Made by a program: the position numbers and the translations under genes. 64,000 bases of DNA. It comes from Methanomassiliicoccaceae archaeon (lineage in GTDB: Archaea; Thermoplasmatota; Thermoplasmata; Methanomassiliicoccales; Methanomassiliicoccaceae). Positions 30,889-41,759 of this stretch are shown here, one piece after another (within the stretch, counting starts at the first letter, position 1; the number at the start of each line of letters is the position of its first letter). The DNA lies in contig CAVSJV010000004.1 in the NCBI GenBank assembly GCA_963728405.1, positions 1-64,000 on the forward strand, given 5' to 3'. The notes beneath the pieces are model-generated. The model had not been told where the DNA came from. It ran no database searches and saw nothing but the letters and a program-made list of their open reading frames with translations.

Positions 30889-31771
30889 CTATTTGATGAG
30901 CGATGTAAATTAACTTGCCCTCCCTGATCTGTTCGAACCGTTTCTCCACCCATCCGTTGACCTTTCCTTCATCAATGGTCTTCTCCTCCGCGATCGCTTC
31001 GGAGATAGTTTCGATGATGAACTGCAAAAAAGCGACCTCTTCCGGCGCATAACCATTGGAGCGTGGGCACACGATCCAATCGGAGCTTCCCACGTCGATG
31101 ATCTTAATATCCTCCATACCTGCCAAGAGGTCCAGGACATGCCTTCCCGTTTCGCTGCAAGGGTAGCTAGACCCGGCCGGCATCTTCCGATCCATCGTCT
31201 GATGATAGGCCGATATCAACTGCTTGTCCAGTTCCGGATCTATGATCGGCCGTAGGATCGTGGAACCGTCGAACACCAGGGAGAAATAGAAAGTTCCACC
31301 GGGATCGAGCAGGTCGATCAAGGGGCGAAGATCATGGGAGATGTCTATCAGGTCCAGGAATAGATGGGCGATGAGCAGGTCCCAGCTTTCCGTCTGGCCA
31401 TCTTTGATCAGATCCAAGGCATCGGCCACCCGGAGATGCACCGATATCTCATTTTTCCCGTTGGTGAGCAAAAGGGATGAGATATCTGGATGCCCCACGG
31501 AGTATCCATTCTCAGTAGCCCATCGATTAAGGTACGAATGAGCATAGGCAATGTTGTTGGGGTCCAAGTCAACGGCCGTATATTCCACATTCTCCAACAG
31601 CCCCCATTCTATCCCTCGGACCACCATGGTGCCGATCCCTGAACCGATCTCAAGCACTCTTCGACCGCCCTGGATGTTGTAATTATCTCGGAGAGATTGG
31701 AAAACGTGTTGATTCAATGAACGATCATCGACGGTCCGTTTTACTTCCAGATATCTTTGATAGGACATCAT
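30860..31771 (-). CDS. Class I SAM-dependent methyltransferase
   Basis: YLEVKRTVDDRSLN, VLEIGSGIG motif I, WDLLIAH.FLDL, GSSDW. Confidence 0.85.
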   Translation of the reverse strand: MMSYQRYLEVKRTVDDRSLNQHVFQSLRDNYNIQGGRRVLEIGSGIGTMVVRGIEWGLLENVEYTAVDLDPNNIAYAHSYLNRWATENGYSVGHPDISSLLLTNGKNEISVHLRVADALDLIKDGQTESWDLLIAHLFLDLIDISHDLRPLIDLLDPGGTFYFSLVFDGSTILRPIIDPELDKQLISAYHQTMDRKMPAGSSYPCSETGRHVLDLLAGMEDIKIIDVGSSDWIVCPRSNGYAPEEVAFLQFIIETISEAIAEEKTIDEGKVNGWVEKRFEQIREGKLIYIAHQIDVVGSVQDR

Positions 31772-32071
31772 GATCTAAACTCTCCATGATTATGCCAGCT
31801 CAACAGTAGATAACGCTTTGTTGCCGATCACCGGCGACATGGTCCGAAGCATTCGGTCCCGCAAGGACCGTTGAAAACCCGTCACCAGGATGAGCGATCT
31901 AGAGAAGAAAGGCGATCGAACTGATACGCTCCGTTCTCACGACGTTCGATCGAGAGGGGAAAGGGAGATGAAGTTGATCCAATATTAATCTAGAAAGGGA
32001 CCGGCCCCAACCCCCATTGATCGGGGACCCTGTTTCATTCGCATCGATCCTATTGAGGGATGATGGGCAAC

Positions 32072-32665
32072 CTAGATCTGGCTGACTTCCCCGGCCTTCT
32101 GGATGCGCATTGATCCGTCGACCGAATTGAAGACGACGGTCCGGCCCTTGGTACCGCCGACGTCTTCGGCCAGCAAGGGGATGTTCTCCTTCTTGAGCGT
32201 CTCCCTTGCCACCTGAGAGTTGCGCAGGCCAATATTCAGCGCATCCGACGAGATGAAGGAGAACATCTGCGCACCTCCGGCCATCTTGGCCCTCAGCGAC
32301 GATTTGCTGGCGCCCCGCTCTACAAGCTCGTCGACCATGAGCATAGTGGCCGAATCGGCGTACTTGGAGGCGTTGACCTTGTCCCGACCTTCCTCGTATT
32401 TCGGCAGCATAGCATGGATCAGCCCGCCGACATGGGCCTGGAGGTCGTAGATGGCGATGCCCACACAGGAGCCGAGGCCGATGCACATCAACCGCTCGGG
32501 GTGATGGATCACCTTATATTCGCCAACGCCGACGACGGCGTCACCGTCTACAATGTGAGGCTTGCAGGCCATGGCATCGTCGACCTTTCGGGCGGGAAAG
32601 CTCTTTGCCTGCCCTAGTTGAACGGCGATCATGGGTTCGGCCTTCCGTTCCATCATAACGCTCAC
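32072..32665 (-). CDS. cheD: Chemoreceptor glutamine deamidase CheD
   Basis: GLGSCVG, H.MLP, KYAD, KMAGGA.MF, IG.RN, DVGG..GR. Confidence 0.95.
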   Translation of the reverse strand: MSVMMERKAEPMIAVQLGQAKSFPARKVDDAMACKPHIVDGDAVVGVGEYKVIHHPERLMCIGLGSCVGIAIYDLQAHVGGLIHAMLPKYEEGRDKVNASKYADSATMLMVDELVERGASKSSLRAKMAGGAQMFSFISSDALNIGLRNSQVARETLKKENIPLLAEDVGGTKGRTVVFNSVDGSMRIQKAGEVSQI

Positions 32666-33282
32666 ATCGAGCTGAACTTCTCTATCAGTACCATCTGGGA
32701 CTCGTGGTCAGGGATGTATAGCATGAACCCGAACATTATCTCCTTACCATACACGAAGTGGGTCTTGATGACCACCGATGAATCGGACTCGGCCTCGACC
32801 AGCGCGGCGGGGAACTCTAAAATGGCCTGCAGCATGTCGACCGCGACTCCCGGCGGTGATGGGATCGTGGTGATGTTCGTGAACTTGGAGACAGCGTTAA
32901 GGTACGCCGAGGCGCAGATGTTGCCGATCTCACAGATGGCGTCCTGGTCCATCTCATCGAACACATGATCGCCGTCATGATCGCGCTCTAGGATCATATC
33001 GGCCAGGTCGACGGCCATCTCCTGGCTCACCACAAGCATTATGCCGCCCTTGCTCTTGCCGATCGCCTCGAGGAACACCGCAACCACGATGTCCTCAGTG
33101 CTGGAGAAGGCCGTAGGCAGGTCCCTGGTACTACATACAAAGCACTCCGATACTTCGACCAGGATGTCCTTGTGCACCAACATGGAAAGGGCGCTGGAAG
33201 CATGGGCGGCGCCTATGCTGCCTATCTCCTTCAGGCCATCCATGATCATCGCTTCTTGTTCTGGAGTTCCTTCTTGCGTCAT
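32662..33282 (-). CDS. cheC: Chemotaxis phosphatase CheC (copy 2)
   Basis: DGLKEIGSIGAAHA and DAICEIGNI motifs. Confidence 0.88.
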   Translation of the reverse strand: MTQEGTPEQEAMIMDGLKEIGSIGAAHASSALSMLVHKDILVEVSECFVCSTRDLPTAFSSTEDIVVAVFLEAIGKSKGGIMLVVSQEMAVDLADMILERDHDGDHVFDEMDQDAICEIGNICASAYLNAVSKFTNITTIPSPPGVAVDMLQAILEFPAALVEAESDSSVVIKTHFVYGKEIMFGFMLYIPDHESQMVLIEKFSSM

Positions 33283-33296
33283 ATTCGATCCCCTGC

Positions 33297-33960
33297 TTAA
33301 AGTCCGAACTTGGAGAAAGCGGCGGCCTGCGATTCTGTGTCGACCCCGAACCTCTTGAACTGTTAGTTGCTGGGTAGAGGGGTCGGGAGCGTAGATGATG
33401 GCGCCCTGGAACCTCTGATTGCTATCGATGAAGTTCGTCTCGATCCTCACCACATTGCTGTCGTGGATGTGTCGGAGCACCTCGGGGAACTTGAGCCGGT
33501 CCTCCAGTTTGTCCACCGAAACGACGGGGGAGTTGGGGATCAGATCGATCGATAGGAATTTTGATAGGGGGACGAGGTAACGACGGATGCAGATGTCGCC
33601 CATCTCCACCATCACTTCCTGATCCTCCTCGTTCATGGGACGAGACGGGTCGTGCTCATGCCCCAGCAGCAGGTCCGATAGATAGATGGCGATCTTCTCC
33701 GGGAATATCATGTAGATGCAGCTACCACTGTCACCGACCTCGATCTTGACCGTGGCCAACAGCTCCCCAAGTTCGCCGAAGCGATTGGGTAGGGAGTCCA
33801 TCGGCAGCACCCGGCATTCTGTCACGTCGATGAGGATGTCGGTCTTCACCAGCTCACTGAGCGCGGTCGAGGCGTGGGAAGCGCCCACATTGCCCAGTTC
33901 CCTCAGGGCGTCCATTTGCAGTTCATCTATCTCGGTGTCATTGCCTTCTTCTGTGATCAT
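33297..33960 (-). CDS. cheC: Chemotaxis phosphatase CheC (copy 1; apparent frameshift at about 33361)
   Basis: DALRELGNVGASHA; deleting one base in ACAGT gives ...LTFKRFGVDTESQAAAFSKFGL* ending just before cheC2. Confidence 0.8.
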
Positions 33961-35930
33961 ATGAAAGCCCCCACGTCCAGGATCATCGCTACCTTACCGT
34001 CTCCCAATATCGTCGCCCCGGAGAAGTAACCAGTCTGCCTCAGATCCTTCCCCAGGTTCTTGACTACTATCTCCTGCTGTCCGATAAGCCGGGACACGAT
34101 GAGGCAGGCCCGGTGGTCGTTCTTCTCCACGATGATCGCCGGCATCTCCCGGGTCATCTGTTCCGCCAGCCCACCGAACTCGCAATGGATGTTCAGGATG
34201 GGCAGCACCTCGTTGCGAAGCTTGAACACGCCCCGGTCGGCGATTTCGTGAATCGCGGACATCGGCACCCTGACCGTCTCCCGGACGTTCTCCAAGGGTA
34301 TGGCGTACTTCTCCGAGTTCACTTCTACCAGCATCGCCCGTATTATGGACATGCTCGGCGGCAGTTTTAAAGTGATCTTGCTGCTCTTGCCGAACTCGGT
34401 GTCCAGGCGTACGAACCCGCCCAGGCTCTCGATCTTGGTCTTCACCACGTCCATGCCCACGCCCCGACCGGAGAGGTCGCTGACCCTATCGGCGGTGCTG
34501 AACCCCGGCAGGAAGACGAACTGCAGCTTGCTGCGGTCGTCCATCCTCTCTGCTTCTTCAGCAGTGATGAGGCCTTTCTGAATCGCTTTCGCGGTGATCT
34601 TCTTGATGTCCATCCCCTTACCGTCGTCCTCTACCGTTATGACGACGTTACCCTGCTCTTGGAAAGCCGAGAGGATGATCGTTCCCTGGGATTTCTTGCC
34701 CTTGGCCACCCGGTCCTCCTTCTGCTCGATGCCATGGTCGGCAGCGTTGCGCAATAGGTGGACCAGTGCGTCCCCGATCTCGTCCAGCAGGCTGCGGTCG
34801 ATCTCGATGTCGTTGCCGCGCATGACGAATTCGATCTCCTTGTTGTTCGACTGCGCCATGTCCCGGACGATCCGGGGGAACCGCTTGAAGATGAAATCGA
34901 CCTGCACCATCCGCGTCCTCAACACGACATCCTGCAGTTCGCCCATCAGTCGGGAGTTGTTCTGCAGGGTCTGTTTCAGCTCTCGGTGCTTGAGGTCCAC
35001 CGCGATCTGATTGATGCGGATATTGTTGATCATGATCTCGCCCACCAGGTCCAGCAGCTGGTCCAACAGCTTGCTCTTTACTCGGATGGTGGAGGCCGCG
35101 GTCAGGGAGGAGGAGCCCTTTTCTTCGCTGTTGGCGGCCTCCTCCTTTACTTCGCACTTCTTTTCCGAGGTAGGGCGTTCGCTCGGCGGAACGGGGACAC
35201 CGATAGGTATGACCTCGGCGATGCCGGTGACATCGATGGCTGATCTGATGAGCACCTCATCGGCCTGATCGGTGACAATGAGAACAACGAAGCTGGGGGT
35301 GACGTCGGGCATGTCGTTGACGGCTGGCTGGCAGCCGGCCACGAAGCCCTGGGTGGAAAGGTTCCTGACGACCTGATAGGCGCGGCCTTCCCTGAACTTC
35401 AGGCCTTGGTTGAACGAGATCTTGAGCTGAACTACCCTTTTCCCGTCGGCAACGGCATTGTTGACCTCCGCCGTTTGCTCCGCGGTGAGGGACATCTTTC
35501 CGACCTCGGCGGGGGCTACGACGTTGGCGGTCGAGATTGGAGAGGTGTGGTCCCGGGCGACCTTGATCTTGGCGATGAGGTCCTTGACATCGATGTTGGT
35601 GGTGCCGTCCTTTTCCAGTTCGTTGAGCATCTTCTCGATCTTGTCCACTCCGGCGAACAGCAGCTGGATGATCGAGCGTTCGGGCACTTCTTTACGCTTG
35701 CGGAGGATGTCGAACAGGTCTTCCATGACATGGGCCAGTTCTCCGATGTGATCGATGCCCATGACCCCGGCGGTGCCCTTCACGGTGTGTACGGCCCGGA
35801 AGGCCTCGTTCATCTGTTCCTCATCGAAGCCCCGATCCTCCAGGCTGAGCATCACGCTGTTCACTACCTGAAGGTTCTCTCTGGCCTCTTCGATGAAGAC
35901 GTCCAAATATTTTGATTTGTCCATAATCAC
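33957..35930 (-). CDS. cheA: Chemotaxis histidine kinase CheA
   Basis: Hpt FRAVHTVKG, HLLRNAADHG, DDGKG, GFST, SGRGVGMDVV, CheW domain. Confidence 0.97.
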   Translation of the reverse strand: MIMDKSKYLDVFIEEARENLQVVNSVMLSLEDRGFDEEQMNEAFRAVHTVKGTAGVMGIDHIGELAHVMEDLFDILRKRKEVPERSIIQLLFAGVDKIEKMLNELEKDGTTNIDVKDLIAKIKVARDHTSPISTANVVAPAEVGKMSLTAEQTAEVNNAVADGKRVVQLKISFNQGLKFREGRAYQVVRNLSTQGFVAGCQPAVNDMPDVTPSFVVLIVTDQADEVLIRSAIDVTGIAEVIPIGVPVPPSERPTSEKKCEVKEEAANSEEKGSSSLTAASTIRVKSKLLDQLLDLVGEIMINNIRINQIAVDLKHRELKQTLQNNSRLMGELQDVVLRTRMVQVDFIFKRFPRIVRDMAQSNNKEIEFVMRGNDIEIDRSLLDEIGDALVHLLRNAADHGIEQKEDRVAKGKKSQGTIILSAFQEQGNVVITVEDDGKGMDIKKITAKAIQKGLITAEEAERMDDRSKLQFVFLPGFSTADRVSDLSGRGVGMDVVKTKIESLGGFVRLDTEFGKSSKITLKLPPSMSIIRAMLVEVNSEKYAIPLENVRETVRVPMSAIHEIADRGVFKLRNEVLPILNIHCEFGGLAEQMTREMPAIIVEKNDHRACLIVSRLIGQQEIVVKNLGKDLRQTGYFSGATILGDGKVAMILDVGAFI

Positions 35931-36955
35931 ATCCCCGTGCTTAGCATGACCACGATGTTCTTGGCTATGTCCTCGAGCGGAACGATGCGGTCCGCCGCCC
36001 CGCGGTCCACGACCGCCTTGGGCATTCCATAGACCACGCAGGTCTCCTCGCTCTGGACGATGGTCTTGCCACCATTCTTCTTGATGAGTTCCATTCCTAG
36101 GGCGCCGTCCGAGCCCATGCCGGTCAGGATGACCCCGACCGTACGGGGACCATACATGGGCGCCACGCTGTTCATCAATACGTCCACCGCAGGACGTACG
36201 AAATTGACCTTGGGCCCATCGTCCAGGTGGACCTTGTTGCCCTTCAAGGTCATGTGCCGGTTCCCTGGGGCGATATAGATCTTGCCCTTCTGTATCTCTT
36301 CGCCCTCCTCGGCCTCCTTGACCTCCAGGGAGGAGATCCAGTTCAACCTCTCGGCGAAGGACCTAGTGAAGCCCTCAGGCATGTGCTGGACGACCAATAC
36401 GGGTGCCGGCAGGTTGCCCGGCAATCGGGACAGCACTTCCGGGAGCGATTTAGGTCCGCCGGTCGAGCAGCCTATGAGAACGATCCATTCCCCGCTCAAG
36501 GTCGGGAGGGAGGTGGGCACGATCGACCGGACCGGGGCGCGGACCACGCTCATCTTGGCCTTGGCCGCGGACTTCACCGTGTCTAGGATGGTGCAACTGA
36601 CCCTCTCCAAGTCCAGTGACAGTGAGCCGGAGGTCTTGGGAATGAAATCCACCGCCCCCAGTTCCAGCGCCTTGAACGTGATGTCGGCCTGCCTCTTGTC
36701 CATCGAACTGAGCATGACCACCGGTCGAGGATACTCGGCCATGATGTGCTGGAGCGCAGTAAGGCCGTCCATCACCGGCATCTCGATGTCCATAGTGACG
36801 ACGTCCGGGTTCAGGGTGCGGACCTTCTCTATGGCCTCGGCCCCGTTCCTGGCCGTCCCCACCACCTCGATCTCCTCGTCCTCGGTCAGGAGATCGGTGA
36901 TGATGCGGCGCATGACGATCGAATCGTCCACTACCAGCACCTTGTACTTGATCAA
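35927..36955 (-). CDS. cheB: Chemotaxis methylesterase CheB
   Basis: REC plus STGGP, VQHMP, RPAVD, LTGMG.DG; probable TTG start at 36955. Confidence 0.96.
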   Translation of the reverse strand: MIKYKVLVVDDSIVMRRIITDLLTEDEEIEVVGTARNGAEAIEKVRTLNPDVVTMDIEMPVMDGLTALQHIMAEYPRPVVMLSSMDKRQADITFKALELGAVDFIPKTSGSLSLDLERVSCTILDTVKSAAKAKMSVVRAPVRSIVPTSLPTLSGEWIVLIGCSTGGPKSLPEVLSRLPGNLPAPVLVVQHMPEGFTRSFAERLNWISSLEVKEAEEGEEIQKGKIYIAPGNRHMTLKGNKVHLDDGPKVNFVRPAVDVLMNSVAPMYGPRTVGVILTGMGSDGALGMELIKKNGGKTIVQSEETCVVYGMPKAVVDRGAADRIVPLEDIAKNIVVMLSTGM

Positions 36956-36959
36956 CGGC

Positions 36960-37328
36960 TCATCTCGCTGTCTTTCTCGCTGCTTCCAGTAGGTCCTTGT
37001 TCTCGAAGGGCTTGACCAGGAAATCTCTGGCACCGTTGTCCATGGCCTGCATGACCAGATTCTTCTGGTTCAGACCACTGACGATGATGATGCGGGCGTC
37101 CTTGTCCATATCAAGCATCTTCTTCACCACGTCGGTCCCGTGCTCTCCGGGCATGATGATGTCCATCGTCACCAGGTCAGGTAGGAGCTTGGCATACTGT
37201 TCCAACGCTTCCTTTCCGTTCTTGGCCTGCCCGATCACGTCGAACCCGTCCTTGGTCAGGACGTCCTTTATCATTGCCCTCATGACCATGGAGTCATCCA
37301 CGATCAGGACCTTCTTCGGATTGCTCAT
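36960..37328 (-). CDS. cheY: Chemotaxis response regulator CheY
   Basis: Single REC domain VLIVDDS, PDLVTMDIIMP, VKPF. Confidence 0.93.
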   Translation of the reverse strand: MSNPKKVLIVDDSMVMRAMIKDVLTKDGFDVIGQAKNGKEALEQYAKLLPDLVTMDIIMPGEHGTDVVKKMLDMDKDARIIIVSGLNQKNLVMQAMDNGARDFLVKPFENKDLLEAARKTAR

Positions 37329-37864
37329 TTTGACACCTCAATTGATTCTCTTTCCTGTACCGTTCTTTGAGCTGCATCGTTGATCCCGAGCCTGGCCTTG
37401 TCCCCTTCGGACATGATCCTCTCCAGGTCGAGCATCATCACCAGCTTGTCCCCCAGCGTGCAGATCCCGGTCAGCGCCGTTGCTTCGGCCCCTGTGCTCA
37501 GGGTCTTCGGCGGGGCCGATATGCTCGTCCGGGAGATACGCATCACATCCTCCACCGCGTCGACGATGATGCCGAGCTGGTTATCTCCTATCTCGGCGAC
37601 GATGATGCGCGATTGCGTCGTCCGCCCTTCGCCATTGGAGATGCCGAAGCGTTTCTTGAGGTCGATGACCGTGGTGATCTGGCCACGGAGGTTCATCACT
37701 CCCTCGATGTACTCTGGCATCTTCGGTATCTTGGTGATGTCCTGGACCTTGCCGATCTCGCGGACCTGGGATACCTTCACGGCAAATGTCTCCCTGCCTA
37801 GGCGGAAGGAGACGATCTGTTCCTCGTCCCCGGATATCTCGACCTTTTCTCTCTTTTTGCGCAT
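37325..37864 (-). CDS. cheW: Chemotaxis adaptor CheW
   Basis: F.LG.E.FA, IEGVMNLRGQI, GIIVDAV. Confidence 0.96.
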   Translation of the reverse strand: MRKKREKVEISGDEEQIVSFRLGRETFAVKVSQVREIGKVQDITKIPKMPEYIEGVMNLRGQITTVIDLKKRFGISNGEGRTTQSRIIVAEIGDNQLGIIVDAVEDVMRISRTSISAPPKTLSTGAEATALTGICTLGDKLVMMLDLERIMSEGDKARLGINDAAQRTVQERESIEVSK

Positions 37865-37878
37865 CGTTCCACCATACT

Positions 37879-40800
37879 TCAGTTGGTCTCGATTCCTCTC
37901 TTGGCCAGTGCTTCCTTGACCTTAGAGGGGACCTTGGCCTTCTCCTCCCTGATCAGCGGCTTCTTCCTCTCGATCTTTCGAGGCGGGGCCTGGTGCTTGA
38001 GGGGTTCGTTGAACTCCTCTTCCTGCTCCTCACTGACCTTGAACTGGCCGGCGACCTTCTTCAGGTTGATGGCCATCTCCGAAAGCGATTGGGCTCGCGC
38101 GGTCATGTCCTCCATCGAGGCCGTGAGCTCCTCGGTCGAGGAGGCCGACTCCTCCGATGCGGAGGCGGTCTCCTCGGCAATGGACGCTATGCCGTCGACG
38201 GACTTGGCGGCCCTCTGGGTACCATCCTTCTGGGAATCCATGAGCTGGGCGATGGCCGACATTTGCGTGGAGGATTGCAGTGCTGCATCCATGATGTCCT
38301 GGAACGCCTTCCCGGTCTCGTCGACGATCTCGATGCCCTCGGCCGCGGTCTTGGTACCACGTTGCATCGCCTCGACGGCCTTGTTCGTCTCCTGCTGAAC
38401 TTCCTTGATCATCTTGGCGATGCGCTCGGCCGCTTCCCTCGAGTCCTCGGCGAGGTTCTTGACCTCTTCCGCCACTACGGCGAACCCGCGTCCCTGCTCT
38501 CCGGCCCTGGCCGCTTCGATGGCAGCATTAAGCGCCAGCAGGTTCGTCTGGTCAGAGATGCCAGTGATGACGCCGACGATCTCGCCGATCTCCTCCGAGC
38601 GCTTGCCCAGTATCTCGATGACCTTGGCCGACTCATCGACGACCTTGGAGATCTCCTTCATCTTCTTGACCGTATTATCGACCGAGACCTTGCCCCTGTT
38701 GGCGCTTTCCGCGCCCTTCTTGGCCGCCTCAGTGGTGGCCGTGGTCTTGTCCACGACCTGGATGACCGCGGTCGAGATATCCGCCATGATCCTGGCGGTC
38801 TCTTCGACCTGCGCCGCTTGGCTCTGCGCGCCCTTGCTGATCTGCTGTATTGCCGCCGACACCTGCTCGGTGGAGGCGTTCATCTCCTCGGCCGAGGAAG
38901 CGAGCTCCTGTGAGGTGGAGGAGACCATGTCGATCGATTCATTGACCTTGACAATGAGCTCCCGGAACTCCGCCTTCAGATGGTCGATCCCCGAGTACAG
39001 GTTCTCGAACGCGGTGTAAGCTTCCTTGGTGTCCTCATCGCCTTCGTTCAGTTCGATGGAGGCCAGCAGGTCGCCGGACGCGATCTGTTCTAGCACCGAG
39101 GTGATCTGCTCGACCGTCTCGGCCTGGAAGACGTTTACCTTCTCGGCCCTACGGACCGCCGACTTGACCGCAGTCTGGTCAGTGACGAACTCGAATGCTC
39201 CGATGACCTTGCCCTCATCATCATGAAGAGGGGCACCGGCGCAGAAGATATCCAGCTGGTGACCGTTCTTCATCAGGTCGTTCTCGCAGGTGACCAGAAC
39301 ATCATTCTTCATTGCCCCGACACAGGGGCATTCCTCAGTGTGGCACTTGGAGGTTTTCCACATGCTCGCACAGGTAACGCCCCTTAGTTCGACCTTGTTC
39401 TTGCCGAGGGCCTTTGCACCCTGCTTGTTTATGTACTGAATCCTGAGGTCCTTGTCCATGAACATGATCGGCGTGGGTATGGCCTCGAAATTGCCTACGA
39501 TGCTGTCCAGGGTCTTGTTCACACCATCCACGATGGCCTTGAATTTGCCACCATGGCGAGAGACCTCAGCCCTAGTGTCGAGCTGGCCGTTCATGGCCGA
39601 TCTGGCCAGGAAATCGGCGTCCGTGACCAGTGCATTGATCGAATCGATGCACTGGTTCAGGTTGTCCTTGATGTTGTTGAAGTCACCCTTGTATTCCTTG
39701 TTGATCTTGGCCGGTATATCTCCCTTGGAGATCTTTTCCATGTAGGCGGCGGCCACCTTCAGCGGCCCTATGACCGCGTCAAGTGTGTCGTTAACGCCCT
39801 GAATAACCTTCTGATACTCGCCCTGGTGCTTCGACGCGTCCGCCCTGGTGGACAGTGTTCCTTCCACCGCAGCCTTGCTCAAGTCATTGGTGTCAACGAC
39901 CAGGCTGTTGATCGCCTCCTTGGCCTTGATCATGTTGTCCATGATCTTTTGGAAATTGTCCTTGTTGTCAGTAGTGTACCGATCGGCCTCCGCCACTTTG
40001 GTGTCCAGGTTCATGTCGCCCACAGCGATCAGCTGGAGGTTACGGGCCAGGCGTTCAACCTCGGCTTCGTCGTACTTTGCCTTACGAGTGGTTGCGGTTA
40101 TGTCCTGCAATACTTCGACATGGCCGATGGATTCACCTTTGGCGTTCTTGATGTATTGAACGTCGACCTGCAGCGCCTTCCCGTCACGGTCGGAAATGGT
40201 ACGCCCCTCGCCGTTGCGTAGCCTGACGATGCCACAGTTCTTGGTGCGGCAGATGGGGCCCTTCCATTCGTGGCACTGCTTGCCCAGCAGGTCGCCCTTC
40301 TTGACCTTTAATATCTCAAGGGAGGGCTTGTTCAGGAAGGTCATGTTCATATCCATGTCCGTTACCGACACGGGGAATGGAACGGCGTCCAGGATCTGCT
40401 CGTACCAGAACATCTTGTCGACCACAAGGTCGAGGGTCTTGTTCACACCGGAGATGACCTCCCTGAAGTCGCCCTGGTGTCTGGAGGCATCGGCCCTCTT
40501 GGAGAACTCGCCACGGTTAGCGGCATCGGCGAGCTCCCCGGCATCACTTACCAGGTTGCGAATGGAATCGATGCAGGTGTTGATGTTGATCTTTATCAGG
40601 TTCATGTCGCCCTTGAAGTCCGCCTCGATCTTGTGAGATAGGTCCCCCTTGGCGATCATCTCGACGCTCATCGCTGTGATCGTCATGGGATTGATGACCG
40701 ATTCCAGGGCATCGTTGAAGCCCATGATGATGGTCTTGTAGTTCCCGTCGAAGCTACCTACCTCGGCGCGGGCCTTCAGGTTCCCGGCCAGGGTCTCGCC

Positions 40801-41544
40801 CACGATACGATGGACCTCTTTGGTGATCTCAACTTCCTTTGAGATGTCGAGTATGAACTCAACTGCTCCGACTATGGTGCCCTTAGAGTCCTTCAGAGGA
40901 CCGACCATGCCTCGGACGGGCTTGTCGCCACCGGGAAGGTGGGCCACGGCATCGCCGATGAAGGTGCGGTCCTCGGCCATCGCCTTCCGGGTCGCGCAAT
41001 TGCCGCCCTTGCAATGATCGGTGTGCATGAACTCATGACAGGGTTTGCCCAATACCTGGTCCAGGCTCTTTCCGACCATTTCCAGGGCGTGGGCGTTCAT
41101 GAATATGACCTTGAGGTCTTTGTCCATGACCATAACCGGAGTGGGCAGACTGTTCAGATAATCGAATGCTGCTCCTCCCTCCCCGTCAGAAGCCTTCAGG
41201 AAACCCATGCTTCCGTAGGACTTACCATCCTTGCCCAACAGTGGTCGAGCGGAGATCTGGCAGACCTTCTCATGGTCCTCGTTATCCTTGAACTTGACAT
41301 CTATGCCATCAACGGACCTACCAGAGGTCATGCCGTCGAAGATCGGGCAGCCCTTCTTACCGATGGCGCCGTTGAAAACGTCTCGGACCCTCATCCCAAC
41401 GGCCTCATTGACAGGCACCCCGGTCAGTTCCTCAGCGGCCTTGTTAAAGAACACGATCTTCCAGTTCTCATCAGCAGCATAGGCGGCCAAGGGCATTGCA
41501 GCGATCATCTGTTCTATCATGGAGCAATCATCTTTCGGGTTCAT
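37879..41544 (-). CDS. Soluble methyl-accepting chemotaxis protein with four PAS and multiple HAMP domains
   Basis: No TM segment; repeated PAS units; [33 protein letters not shown] hairpin tip. Confidence 0.95.
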   Translation of the reverse strand: MNPKDDCSMIEQMIAAMPLAAYAADENWKIVFFNKAAEELTGVPVNEAVGMRVRDVFNGAIGKKGCPIFDGMTSGRSVDGIDVKFKDNEDHEKVCQISARPLLGKDGKSYGSMGFLKASDGEGGAAFDYLNSLPTPVMVMDKDLKVIFMNAHALEMVGKSLDQVLGKPCHEFMHTDHCKGGNCATRKAMAEDRTFIGDAVAHLPGGDKPVRGMVGPLKDSKGTIVGAVEFILDISKEVEITKEVHRIVGETLAGNLKARAEVGSFDGNYKTIIMGFNDALESVINPMTITAMSVEMIAKGDLSHKIEADFKGDMNLIKININTCIDSIRNLVSDAGELADAANRGEFSKRADASRHQGDFREVISGVNKTLDLVVDKMFWYEQILDAVPFPVSVTDMDMNMTFLNKPSLEILKVKKGDLLGKQCHEWKGPICRTKNCGIVRLRNGEGRTISDRDGKALQVDVQYIKNAKGESIGHVEVLQDITATTRKAKYDEAEVERLARNLQLIAVGDMNLDTKVAEADRYTTDNKDNFQKIMDNMIKAKEAINSLVVDTNDLSKAAVEGTLSTRADASKHQGEYQKVIQGVNDTLDAVIGPLKVAAAYMEKISKGDIPAKINKEYKGDFNNIKDNLNQCIDSINALVTDADFLARSAMNGQLDTRAEVSRHGGKFKAIVDGVNKTLDSIVGNFEAIPTPIMFMDKDLRIQYINKQGAKALGKNKVELRGVTCASMWKTSKCHTEECPCVGAMKNDVLVTCENDLMKNGHQLDIFCAGAPLHDDEGKVIGAFEFVTDQTAVKSAVRRAEKVNVFQAETVEQITSVLEQIASGDLLASIELNEGDEDTKEAYTAFENLYSGIDHLKAEFRELIVKVNESIDMVSSTSQELASSAEEMNASTEQVSAAIQQISKGAQSQAAQVEETARIMADISTAVIQVVDKTTATTEAAKKGAESANRGKVSVDNTVKKMKEISKVVDESAKVIEILGKRSEEIGEIVGVITGISDQTNLLALNAAIEAARAGEQGRGFAVVAEEVKNLAEDSREAAERIAKMIKEVQQETNKAVEAMQRGTKTAAEGIEIVDETGKAFQDIMDAALQSSTQMSAIAQLMDSQKDGTQRAAKSVDGIASIAEETASASEESASSTEELTASMEDMTARAQSLSEMAINLKKVAGQFKVSEEQEEEFNEPLKHQAPPRKIERKKPLIREEKAKVPSKVKEALAKRGIETN

Positions 41545-41759
41545 CAGTTCACTTCCAGGTTATGCCAGTACTCTGAACTAGAGTCCTAATAATATAGAAA
41601 AGGAAAAATTATAGAGTATATATGTATTGAGAACTTGTTATCGATAGTGATTGCTAGAGAATGTAATCAAAAAAGCGATGCTGGCTAAGGGCTGTTTTAC
41701 TCGAACAAACATTCAGTAGAATAGATTTATATTCGACCCTCCTCAATGTTCCCGAGCCC

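Noticed and set aside
32662-33960. Apparent 432-aa CheC-CheC fusion
   Set aside because: The linker arises from a one-base insertion in ACGT; correcting it gives a stop just before the second ATG
37786-41589. Long antisense ORFs opposite the MCP (and similar ones opposite cheA, cheB, helicase, folC)
   Set aside because: Shadow ORFs expected from GC-rich codon bias; no motifs or RBS
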